NCBI GenBank assembly: GCA_041609995.1
Contig: JBFIPU010000002.1
Span: forward strand, 3,733 to 67,732
DNA length: 64,000 bases
Reading direction: 5' to 3'
From: Acidimicrobiia bacterium
GTDB lineage: Bacteria; Actinomycetota; Acidimicrobiia; Spongiisociales; SHLN01
Positions 17,600 to 31,324 of the stretch are shown here, piece after piece. Every line of letters starts with the position of its first letter. The first letter of the stretch is position 1. Both the position numbers and the translations under genes were made by a program. The notes under the pieces were generated by a model. That model was not told where the DNA came from. It saw only the letters and a program-made list of their open reading frames with translations, and searched no databases.

Positions 17600-18524
17600 C
17601 CTCGTTCAGTACGGCGAGATGTTGGCTGATCGAGTTCGAACCTCTGCCTACGTCCGGGCCATGGAGGAGACCATCAAGGCGGGTGACGTCGTGCTGGATC
17701 TGGGGGCCGGCCCCGGCTTCTTTGCGATCAAAGCGGCTTTGATGGACGCCAGGAAGGTCTATGCCATCGAGCCCAATCCCAGCATCGCGCTCGGGCGAGA
17801 GCTGGCCCACACAGCCGGGGTCACCGAGCGGGTCGAGTTCATCCACGCGCTCTCGACCGAAGTCGAATTGCCAGAGAAGGCGGATGTGATCGTGGCCGAT
17901 TTGCGCGGTGCGCTGCCGCTGTACGACGGCTCCATCACGACGATTGCCGACGCCCGCGATCGACTCCTGGCGCCGGGCGGTACATTCATCCCGCTGCGAG
18001 ATGACCTCTACTGCGCCCCCACCTCCGGGGCCCTGAGCCGGGGCTACTCGATATGGACCTCCGAGGAAACCGGGCTCGATCTCACTCCGGGAGCCAAATA
18101 CGCCCTGAACACGTGGGATGCGAGACGCGTTGATCCGTCAATGCTCGCCGCCGGCCCGAGGAAATGGGCGAGCATCGATTATCTCTCGGTCGACAGTGCC
18201 GGGATCAGCGGTCGCGCCGTTTGGAAAGCCGACCATCCTTTCGAAGCGGATGGTTTGTGCCTCTGGTTCGAAACCGAGCTGATCCCGGGCATCGGATACT
18301 CGAGCGGACCGTTGGGGGAGGCCACCACGTATCGCATGGCGTTCTTTCCTCTTAGCGAGACCCTCCGCGTCGATGCCGGTGGACAACTGGAGGTGGAGAT
18401 CGAATCGAGCCCAATTGGCGACTCCCCAGCCTGGACCTGGCAGGCGCGGACGGTCGACGCTGCTGGAGCAATACACGAGCCGGCCAAGCAGTCGAGCCTG
18501 CTGTCCATGCCCATTCCCCGCTGA
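17580..18524 (+). CDS. PRMT-like (protein arginine N-methyltransferase fold) class I SAM-dependent methyltransferase
   Basis: RTSAYVRAMEETIKAGDVVLDLGAGPGFFAIKAALMDARKVYAIEPN..VEFIHALSTEVELPEKADVIVADLRG..RDRLLAPGGTFIP aligns motif-by-motif with the PRMT1 core ([53 protein letters not shown]), plus a C-terminal beta-barrel-like domain. Confidence 0.65.
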   Translation: MCVAGYSLVQYGEMLADRVRTSAYVRAMEETIKAGDVVLDLGAGPGFFAIKAALMDARKVYAIEPNPSIALGRELAHTAGVTERVEFIHALSTEVELPEKADVIVADLRGALPLYDGSITTIADARDRLLAPGGTFIPLRDDLYCAPTSGALSRGYSIWTSEETGLDLTPGAKYALNTWDARRVDPSMLAAGPRKWASIDYLSVDSAGISGRAVWKADHPFEADGLCLWFETELIPGIGYSSGPLGEATTYRMAFFPLSETLRVDAGGQLEVEIESSPIGDSPAWTWQARTVDAAGAIHEPAKQSSLLSMPIPR

Positions 18525-18800
18525 TCAAACGACCCGGATCAGGCCCTTCTGGTGAAGATCCGACAGCAGTTCGTGCAGGTCTTGGCGGAGCGTCTCGTCA
18601 TCGACGTCGAACTGACCCGCCAGCTGCTCACGCGCTGCCGCAATGGAATCAGCGCCGCCGACCGCCTTCCACATCGCGAGCGCAACCGGGTCGAGCGAGT
18701 AATACACCTCGGTTCCGAGATGCAAGATGACAGCCTCGCCATCGGCCAGCTCCTGGACCAGTGCGTCGGGTGCCAGCTCAACCCGTCTCGTCTCATCCAT
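18525..18800 (-). CDS. Lasso peptide biosynthesis B1 protein (PqqD-family RRE)
   Basis: 91 aa, MDETRRVELAPDALVQELADGEAVILHLGTEVYYSLDPVALAMWKAVGGADSIAAAREQLAGQFDVDDETLRQDLHELLSDLHQKGLIRVV: classic PqqD-like pattern. Confidence 0.85.
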   Translation of the reverse strand: MDETRRVELAPDALVQELADGEAVILHLGTEVYYSLDPVALAMWKAVGGADSIAAAREQLAGQFDVDDETLRQDLHELLSDLHQKGLIRVV

Positions 18801-18809
18801 GGCAACCTC

Positions 18810-19268
18810 TCAGTCGAACCGTTTGCCTTCTACCGGACCGGCAAAGGGAGCGTACAGCGTTGCGACGTCGTCATCGTCATTCACAACGGAGCCGTCGACC
18901 TCCACCCAGGCGTGAAAAAGGATCGCACCCTCCTCCTTCTTGACCCCGAAGCGCACGTCGGCGGGAATACCATGTTTTCGCAGGAGCGCCAGTGCCGCTG
19001 TCGACCGGGCGAGACAGTTCGGGCGGCCGATCGAGTATTTGGCAGCCAGAGAAACCAGAGATGCGATATGACGAGCTTCCTCGATTGTCGCCGACCTGGG
19101 TGCGGGTCGCCGGGCCAGCAAATCGTGCATTCGCTGAAATCCCGCCAGGCGGAAGCCGATACGGGTTATATGGAGCAGCCACCAGGCGCGAAACAACAGA
19201 CGACGGTCTCTGCCGGTGAGATCTCTGACGAGGATTCGAATCCGATTGGCCCAGACGGAGCGCAGCAT
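18810..19268 (-). CDS. Lasso peptide biosynthesis B2 protein (transglutaminase-like leader peptidase)
   Basis: Catalytic Cys/His/Asp region RPNCLARSTAALALLRKHGIPADVRFGV..GAILFHAWVEVDGSVVNDDD. Start chosen at Met-29 (19268); the track ORF extends to 19352. Confidence 0.85.
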   Translation of the reverse strand: MLRSVWANRIRILVRDLTGRDRRLLFRAWWLLHITRIGFRLAGFQRMHDLLARRPAPRSATIEEARHIASLVSLAAKYSIGRPNCLARSTAALALLRKHGIPADVRFGVKKEEGAILFHAWVEVDGSVVNDDDDVATLYAPFAGPVEGKRFD

Positions 19269-19324
19269 GCTCCAAAGCGTATCGGCTATGGCCGGCACGG
19301 GTCCGCCGCCATCGCACGGTTTCG

Positions 19325-20455
19325 GTGGGCGACAATGACATGGTGACCGCAATGCCGCGCCACGTGCCCCCCTTCTGGCCGGACGAGACGGAACTCGGCC
19401 TGTTGCGGGCTGCCCTCCTCCCAGATCAGCGGGCGATCCACGCCTGGCGGCAATTGGACCTGAGCTCGGTCGGTGCGCGTCACGAAACCTGGAGCCTGCT
19501 TCCCCTGGCGTTTTTCAATCTCAAGGATCTGGGGGTCCCCATCAACGACATGGCCGAGGCGGCCGCCGCCTACAACCGGACACTCGATACCAATCGCGTG
19601 CTTGCTCAGGCGGCCTCGGAGACGATGGCGTCTTTTCTTCGCGAGGGCATCGATCACGTCGCCCTCAAGGGCCTGGCGTTGTTGACGACGGTGTATCCGG
19701 ATCTGGGAACGCGTCCGATGTTCGATGCCGATGTGATGGTGCGAAGTCTCGACGTGAAACGGGCTGCCCGGGTGTTGGGCCGGGCCGGATACCATCCCGC
19801 CACCCCACTCGAGGATGCCCTTCTGGCCACCAGAGCGAGTGCTCAGTTCGTTAATGCGGACGGGATCGACATCGACCTCCATTGGCACGCCCTCGGCGGA
19901 TACGTGGCCGAGCCATTCGACGATGCGCTGTGGCAGGGGCGGGTCACCACCACCTCGCCGCTGGGGATGGAGATGAAGGTGCTGAGCCGGGCCGAGCAGC
20001 TCACCCAGGTGATCGGGCATGCACTCCGCGCCGGGTGGCCAGGCACGCGATGGTGGGCCGATATCGCCCTGCTTCTCAGATCGTCCTGGACCGATGACCA
20101 GTGGTCACGTCTCGGCGAGTTGGCTTCTCTGTTCCAGATGACGCTTCCCATGTCGGGAATCCTGACGTACCTGCGTGACCATGTCGGCATCGATGTTCAG
20201 CGTGAGGCCTTCGAAGTCCTAGAACGCAACCGCCCGTCTCGATCAGAGAGGATTCAACGCCGGGCGCTCAGCAGGCTCGATCCGGGTTCTACGACAGCGG
20301 CCTTGCTGCGGTCATGGGCCACGTATGCCGCCGTGCAAGCCGCCGGGGAACGCCGCCGGGGGCCGGTTGGCTTCACGCGCTTCACATGGAGGTACCTCGG
20401 ATCGGGCTCTGATGCCGGCAATGCACTCGAAGCCATACGTCGCAAACTCAGCTGA
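19325..20455 (+). CDS. Nucleotidyltransferase-family protein (NTP_transf_5/pfam14907-like)
   Basis: ..VALKGLALLTTVYPDLGTRPMFDADVMVRSLDVKRAARVLGRAGYHP.. matches the 'uncharacterised nucleotidyltransferase' family commonly found in kinase-containing lasso clusters. Divergent from B2; the true start may be a few codons downstream. Confidence 0.6.
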   Translation: MGDNDMVTAMPRHVPPFWPDETELGLLRAALLPDQRAIHAWRQLDLSSVGARHETWSLLPLAFFNLKDLGVPINDMAEAAAAYNRTLDTNRVLAQAASETMASFLREGIDHVALKGLALLTTVYPDLGTRPMFDADVMVRSLDVKRAARVLGRAGYHPATPLEDALLATRASAQFVNADGIDIDLHWHALGGYVAEPFDDALWQGRVTTTSPLGMEMKVLSRAEQLTQVIGHALRAGWPGTRWWADIALLLRSSWTDDQWSRLGELASLFQMTLPMSGILTYLRDHVGIDVQREAFEVLERNRPSRSERIQRRALSRLDPGSTTAALLRSWATYAAVQAAGERRRGPVGFTRFTWRYLGSGSDAGNALEAIRRKLS

Positions 20456-20486
20456 GCCCTACGCCAAAGCGGTCGGGGAGCGCGGC

Positions 20487-21617
20487 TCAGAAGAACGAAG
20501 AGTTTTTGTATTCGGTGAGCTGTTCGAGGTTTTCCTGGATGAAGCGGCTCTCGAATTCGGTCCGCACCTCGTCCTGGATCTCCTTGAGCGGCGCCTGGCA
20601 CTCGTGGTCGGCCACGGCCGTGCGGATCTCTTCTTCGCTCAACGCCCGGATCTCGGCAGTGGTGGCCTCGTCGAACTGGGGGCCCTGATTGAACTGATTG
20701 AAGAAGTCCTCCTGCTCCTCAGGGGTGGTGGTTTCGAAGAACTCCTGGATCTCTTCTTCCGACCAGCCCGCAAACGGGTCGACGTAGGCCTCCTCCATCT
20801 TCCTCCAGAAGACTTCGGCCGCTTGATAGAAATACTCCGGCGGCTCCCGGGGGCTGTCGTAGGAGAACCCCTTGTCCGCCATGCACGATGACCAGGCGTT
20901 CTCGGCCTCGACCATGCGGGGATCGGCGCTGATCTGCTGCTCCAGACGGTCGAAAGCCTCGAAAATCTCCTCGTAGTCGAACTCGTCGTTCTCTTCGAAG
21001 TTCCCATAGATCTCGGTGTGAGCTCGGTTGTAACAACCGTTATCGGGATCGAACTCGTTGACCTGTTCGTCCACGTACTCACCCGTCTCCGGGTCGAGCG
21101 CCGGCTCCTCCCAGACTCCATAGAGGTCTTCGTAGTACTGCTCACGCTCGATCTCGGTGAGAGAGTCGACGTACTCCTGATTGGGATCCACGAACTCTTG
21201 CGCCGGCTGTTCGACGTCAGACCACGGATCATCGAGGATGAATGTGGTGGCCCCGTAGCCGAAACGAGCAGCCCGTTCCTGTTCCGTCAGGTCTCCGAAG
21301 GGATCGAAGAACTCGGCCTCGCCGTAGTCGACCGGCCGGTATTCCCAACCGAATTCGGCCATGCAACCCGCAACGACCTCTTCGACCTGGCGCTGCCGGT
21401 CCCGCTCGGCTGCGGGATCGTATCCGTCTCCCCACCCGAAGAACTCCTCGAGCGTGGCAGCCGGGCTCCCGGGATCTTCGCCGTTCTCCGGCGCGGTCGA
21501 AGCGGCTGTGACGTCCGCCTCCGGCTCTCCGTCGTCCGGCGAGGTCGATCCTCCTCCGCAAGCCGCCATGGCCAGCGCTGCCAGCAGCAGGATTGCCGGC
21601 ACCAGCCAACGCGTCAT
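20487..21617 (-). CDS. Highly acidic, aromatic-rich secreted lipoprotein of unknown function
   Basis: Lipobox LLAALAMAACGGGS. Very Asp/Glu/Phe/Tyr/Trp-rich with repeated E-x-F/E-E-F motifs; no recognisable catalytic domain. Confidence 0.6.
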   Translation of the reverse strand: MTRWLVPAILLLAALAMAACGGGSTSPDDGEPEADVTAASTAPENGEDPGSPAATLEEFFGWGDGYDPAAERDRQRQVEEVVAGCMAEFGWEYRPVDYGEAEFFDPFGDLTEQERAARFGYGATTFILDDPWSDVEQPAQEFVDPNQEYVDSLTEIEREQYYEDLYGVWEEPALDPETGEYVDEQVNEFDPDNGCYNRAHTEIYGNFEENDEFDYEEIFEAFDRLEQQISADPRMVEAENAWSSCMADKGFSYDSPREPPEYFYQAAEVFWRKMEEAYVDPFAGWSEEEIQEFFETTTPEEQEDFFNQFNQGPQFDEATTAEIRALSEEEIRTAVADHECQAPLKEIQDEVRTEFESRFIQENLEQLTEYKNSSFF

Positions 21618-21700
21618 GGAATGGAACCGGTCGTCCATCGTCCTCTCCTATGGAAGGTCAGTCAGGATACGCCGGGATACCACCTGGTGCGGGGCTGTGC

Positions 21701-22087
21701 TCAGGCGTCGTAATCGGTGTCGGAAACCTTCTCGTCGAGCCATTCGGTCGGCCCACCGGTCGTGAGCGACAGGTGCATCATGTGCGTGTGGGCCGTCGAG
21801 CCGTGCCAGTGCACTTCACCTGCGGGCGAATACACGACGTCGCCGGCCGACACGCGCACCGTGTGACCGTCTTGGGTCTGGACCTTGCCGGCGCCAGAAG
21901 TGATGTAGAGGACCTGTCCATCAGGGTGGGTGTGCCAGTCGGTGCGAGCACCGGGAGCAAAGTGCACTCCGAGCGCATTGAGGCCGGGGTCGGGGACCCG
22001 GGAGAGGGCTCCGAACCAGACCTCGCCGGTGAAATGCTCAGCCGGAGCGGGCTCCCACTCGATCTGTCCCGCGGGCTTGTGGTCCAT
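21701..22087 (-). CDS. Cupin-domain protein
   Basis: Metal-binding His motifs WHTHPDGQVLYITSGAGKV ... GEVHWHG. RBS GAGGAG upstream of the ATG at 22087; only the last 128 aa of the 243-aa track ORF. Confidence 0.75.
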   Translation of the reverse strand: MDHKPAGQIEWEPAPAEHFTGEVWFGALSRVPDPGLNALGVHFAPGARTDWHTHPDGQVLYITSGAGKVQTQDGHTVRVSAGDVVYSPAGEVHWHGSTAHTHMMHLSLTTGGPTEWLDEKVSDTDYDA

Positions 22088-22250
22088 GTTGCTCCTCTCA
22101 GTCTCTTGACGTGACGTCATCGGGTCGTATGCCGACACTAGCTCCAGAGCGCGATTTCTTCCCGAGCAACCAAACGCGTTCAGGGGTACCATCCCGCCCG
22201 CTGGACGAGGGTCTCGAAAGGGGAAGATCATCGGCAAAAGGAGGCGGGCA

Positions 22251-24305
22251 TTGGTGGCTCGGGATGGTCTACCCGGCTCGGTGGCGGGGACGCTGGTGGC
22301 AACGGGGCCGGTGGCGAGGGCGCTGGCAACGGCGGCAGCCCTGGCGTGCGCTGCGTTGATTCTCATGGTTCTGGGGTCCGGCGACGCAGCAGCGTCGGAA
22401 GCAACCCCGGTGACCTTCGTCGACCTGCGCACCGGCCAGTGGTTCTTACAGCATTCAGACGGAACCGAGGTCGCTTTGTACTACGGAGCGCCCGGCGATC
22501 AGCCCCTGATGGGTGACTGGGATTGCGACGGAACCGCCACGCCCGGGGCCTACCGGGCGAGCGACGGCTTCGTGTACCTGAGAAATACACTCGACACCGG
22601 TCCAGGGACGATCCGGTTCTTCCTCGGCATGGCCGGAGACGTCGCTCTGGCAGGGGACTTCAATGGCGATGGCTGCGATAGCGTCTCGATCTATCGACCG
22701 TCGGAAGGACGGGTGTACGTCTCCAACTCACTCGGGTCCGAGGAGGGATACTTCACTGCCGAGGCCGACTACTTCTTCGGTGTGCCGGGGGATAGAGCTT
22801 TCGTGGGTGATTTCGACGGCGACGGCATCGATACCGTGGGACTGCACCGCGCCTCGACCGGGTTCGTCTATTTCACCGACGAACACGCTCCCGCCGGTTT
22901 CGCTGAGACCTCCGATAGCTTTTTCTACGGGGATCCGGGCGACCTCATCACGGCCGGCGATTGGAGCGGCGACGGGACGGACACCGTGGCGATCCTCCGC
23001 CGGGGCGACGGGCGTTTCTATGCACGCAACACGAATTCGCAGGGGCCCGCCGACGTGGTCGTGTCGGTCCCGGGGGATGGGTTGTGGGTGGCTCTGTCCG
23101 GAGCGGGTGTCGGCGGGTCGATCGGATCCCCGTCCCCATCGCCCCCATCGCCGACTCCGCCGCCGGCCCCGCCGCCTCCGCCCCCACCGATTCCCACCGG
23201 CCCGATCGAGATCTTCCCTGGTGACCCCCTGGCGGACCTCGTCGGCGCCAGCCCGCCCGGTACCGAGTTCATCATCAAGGCGGGTGTTCACGTCGGCCAT
23301 GTGATGTATCCGGCGGCGGACATGAAGTTCCTGGGCGAGCCGGGAGCGGTCCTCGACGGGAATGGCGTGCAGCTGAATGCCTTCGCCGGGGATACCGGGA
23401 GGGACCGGGTCGAGATCCGGGGCCTCGAGATCAGAAACTACCGGGTGGGTGTCTTCGACGGCGCCATCAGCGCCCGCCAGATCGGAGATCTGTCAGCCGA
23501 GGGAGTCGGCTGGATCGTTGCCGACAACAACATCCATTCCAACGGGGGCGCCGGCATCAACCTCGGCACCGGAATGACGGTCGTCAACAACTCGATTCAC
23601 GACAACCAGCAGATCGGAATCAGCGGCCTGGGGAGCGAAGAACACCCGATCACGGACGTCACGATCACCGGAAACACCATCTTCCGGAACTCGACGAACC
23701 CCGATTTCGTGTTCGAGCACCACGAAGGCGGGATCAAGACCACGTTCACCAGCAGCCTCGTCGTGGAGGACAACGAGATCTACGACAACGGCGGGGTCGC
23801 CATGTACTGCGACATCCTCTGTAACTCGGTGGTGGTCACCGGCAACCGGATGTACGACAACTGGGGCCGGGCCAACGGCGGCGGCGTCTTCCTCGAGATC
23901 TCGGACGGGCTCGAGGTGACCAACAACTATTTCGGTCCCGGGGGTCACCTCACCTATCCGTACACGATCTACTTCTTCGGCGGGATCACCATCGGCGAAT
24001 CGCACAACGGGTACATCTCCGGCAACGAGGTGGAAGTCGACACTGCGGCCGGCATCGTGGTGCGCAACTGCTGCTCGCACGAGCGGGAGCCTTCCAGCGG
24101 GATCGTGATCGAGAACAACGTCGTGCGGTCGATCAACGGGGGACCCGTCACGGTCGGCTTGACCGACGGGAACTCCAATGTGGGCGACATCTCGTATCGG
24201 GGCAACACCTACCAGGGCGATATCCGGTTTTACTGGAATGGTGGGTGGCTCGGTTTCGACCAATGGCAGGGAATGGGCCAGGACACCACTGGTAGTTTTG
24301 GCTGA
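22251..24305 (+). CDS. Secreted multi-domain protein: FG-GAP/VCBS-like 'GDW/FDxDGxDT' repeat region, Pro-rich linker, right-handed parallel beta-helix domain
   Basis: Signal/TM near ALATAAALACAALILMVLG. At least 5 repeats of [FY]-[FY]-G-x-[PA]-GD-x-[PA]-[LF]-x-GD[WF][DN]-[GC]DG-x-D-[ST] ... GF[VA]Y. Linker SPSPSPPSPTPPPAPPPPPPPIPTGP. C-terminal NxxIxxN/G-rich beta-helix repeats (ADNNIHSNGGAGINLG..VVNNSIHDNQQIGISG..TGNTIFRNS..EDNEIYDNGG..TGNRMYDNWG). Confidence 0.7.
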   Translation: MVARDGLPGSVAGTLVATGPVARALATAAALACAALILMVLGSGDAAASEATPVTFVDLRTGQWFLQHSDGTEVALYYGAPGDQPLMGDWDCDGTATPGAYRASDGFVYLRNTLDTGPGTIRFFLGMAGDVALAGDFNGDGCDSVSIYRPSEGRVYVSNSLGSEEGYFTAEADYFFGVPGDRAFVGDFDGDGIDTVGLHRASTGFVYFTDEHAPAGFAETSDSFFYGDPGDLITAGDWSGDGTDTVAILRRGDGRFYARNTNSQGPADVVVSVPGDGLWVALSGAGVGGSIGSPSPSPPSPTPPPAPPPPPPPIPTGPIEIFPGDPLADLVGASPPGTEFIIKAGVHVGHVMYPAADMKFLGEPGAVLDGNGVQLNAFAGDTGRDRVEIRGLEIRNYRVGVFDGAISARQIGDLSAEGVGWIVADNNIHSNGGAGINLGTGMTVVNNSIHDNQQIGISGLGSEEHPITDVTITGNTIFRNSTNPDFVFEHHEGGIKTTFTSSLVVEDNEIYDNGGVAMYCDILCNSVVVTGNRMYDNWGRANGGGVFLEISDGLEVTNNYFGPGGHLTYPYTIYFFGGITIGESHNGYISGNEVEVDTAAGIVVRNCCSHEREPSSGIVIENNVVRSINGGPVTVGLTDGNSNVGDISYRGNTYQGDIRFYWNGGWLGFDQWQGMGQDTTGSFG

Positions 24306-24361
24306 CCCGGTTAACGTCTTTCGGGTGATGAGTGGTCGATACGCTTCTGCCTGGTGACGCC

Positions 24362-29841
<5,480 letters not shown>

Positions 29842-29845
<4 letters not shown>

Positions 29846-30318
29846 CCGTCCCGCCCTTGCACCCCGAGCTGACGGACCTCGGGTTCCTCCTCGGGACCTG
29901 GGTGGGGTCGGGAGTGGGGGAGTACCCGACGATCGAAGATTTCGCCTATCAGGAGACGGCCGAATTCACCCACGTGGGAAAGCCGTTCATCGCATACCGT
30001 CAGAAGACCAAGCGGGCCGGTTCGAATGAACCGCTGCATGCCGAGAGCGGGTATTTTCGACCCACTACCCCCGGGTCGATGGAGCTGGTGATCGTCCAGC
30101 CCAGCGGCATTCTCGAGATCCACGAGGGGGCGATCGACCGAGGCGAACTCAGTCTGCGGTCGAGCGTTGTCCTCACCACCCCTACTGCAAAAGAGGTCTC
30201 GACGGTCGAGAGGTGGATCAACGTCGAGGGGGACGTGATGACCTACCGGCTGCTCATGGGGGCGGTGGGCCAGCCTCATCAGATCCATCTGCGGGCGCGG
30301 TTAAATAGAACCGGCTGA
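29842..30318 (+). CDS. Nitrobindin / FABP-like beta-barrel protein (DUF1794, UPF0678 family)
   Basis: LGFLLGTWVGSGVGEYPTIEDFAYQETAEFTHVGKPFIAYRQKT..LHAESGYFRP is the nitrobindin signature. ATGA overlap with the carboxylase stop. Confidence 0.75.
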
Positions 30319-31324
30319 TGGCGTTGGGGGCGTACGACCGCAGGGTCTTCATGTAGTTGGCACGCTCGTATCCGGCCGGGTCGGCCACCGCAGCGTGGCT
30401 GACGCTTCCGCGGGCCTGGGCGATCGATTCGTAGTCGTGGTCGGTGAACCATTCGGTCAATGTCGCCAGCACCTCGGAGACGTGATACGGCCCGTTCTCC
30501 AGCAGCGCCGAGGTCATCATCGCCACGTCGGCGCCGGCCAATATCAGCTTGACAGCGTCCTCTCCGGTGTGGACGCCCGACGTGGCGGCCAGGGAGGCTG
30601 TCGTCGTCGGTCGAAGGATGCCAATCCAACGCAGGGGCAGCCGTGACTCGATCGACGTACTCAGTTGCAGGTTGGGGGCCACGCTGAGGTCATCGAGGTC
30701 GATATCCGGCTGGTAGAAGCGGTTGAAAAGAACGAGCCCATCGGCCCCCGCCGATATCAGGCGGTGCGCCATGTGCCCGGGGGAGCTGAAGTAGGGACCG
30801 ATCTTGACCGCCAGCGGAATGGACACCGACGCCTTGACTTCTTCGACGAGCTGCACATACCGGTCTTCGATCTCGGCTCCGGACACCGAGACCTCAGCGG
30901 CGACGAGATAGATGTTGAGCTCGAGCGCGGCGGCACCGGCCTCCTCGATCTGGCGGGCATAGGAAGTCCATCCACCGACGCTCACGCCGTTCAAACTGCC
31001 GATCACGGGGATCGAGAGCTCCCCGGAGGCCTGGCGGACCAGGTCCAGGTATTGATCCGGGCCTGTGTTGTAGGTGTCGGGCTCGGGGAAGTAGCCGGTG
31101 GTGGCTTCGGGGTGGTGCTCGGCACCGTGCTCCATCCCCAGGTGGACCATCATCGACTCGGCTTCGATTTGTTCCTCGAAGAGGGAGGGGAGCACGACTG
31201 CCGCCACCCCGGCCGCTTCCAACTCGCGCAAGGAATCGGTCTTTCCGGTGAGCGGTCCGGCGGACGCCACCAGGGGATTGGCCAACTCGAGCCCTAGGTA
31301 GGTGGTGGATAGGTCGGTCTTCAT
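30254..31324 (-). CDS. Dihydroorotate dehydrogenase-like / PreA-like TIM-barrel flavoprotein (DHOD family 1-like)
   Basis: MKTDLSTTYLGLELANPLVASAGPLTGKTDSLRELEAAGVAAVVLPSLFEEQ... ATGA overlap with nifJ stop (31321-31324). The upstream 216 aa of the 572-aa track ORF are Arg-rich noise. 3' end overlaps the convergent nitrobindin-like gene by ~65 nt. Confidence 0.75.
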   Translation of the reverse strand: MKTDLSTTYLGLELANPLVASAGPLTGKTDSLRELEAAGVAAVVLPSLFEEQIEAESMMVHLGMEHGAEHHPEATTGYFPEPDTYNTGPDQYLDLVRQASGELSIPVIGSLNGVSVGGWTSYARQIEEAGAAALELNIYLVAAEVSVSGAEIEDRYVQLVEEVKASVSIPLAVKIGPYFSSPGHMAHRLISAGADGLVLFNRFYQPDIDLDDLSVAPNLQLSTSIESRLPLRWIGILRPTTTASLAATSGVHTGEDAVKLILAGADVAMMTSALLENGPYHVSEVLATLTEWFTDHDYESIAQARGSVSHAAVADPAGYERANYMKTLRSYAPNAISRFYLTAPADGSDEAGPPPP

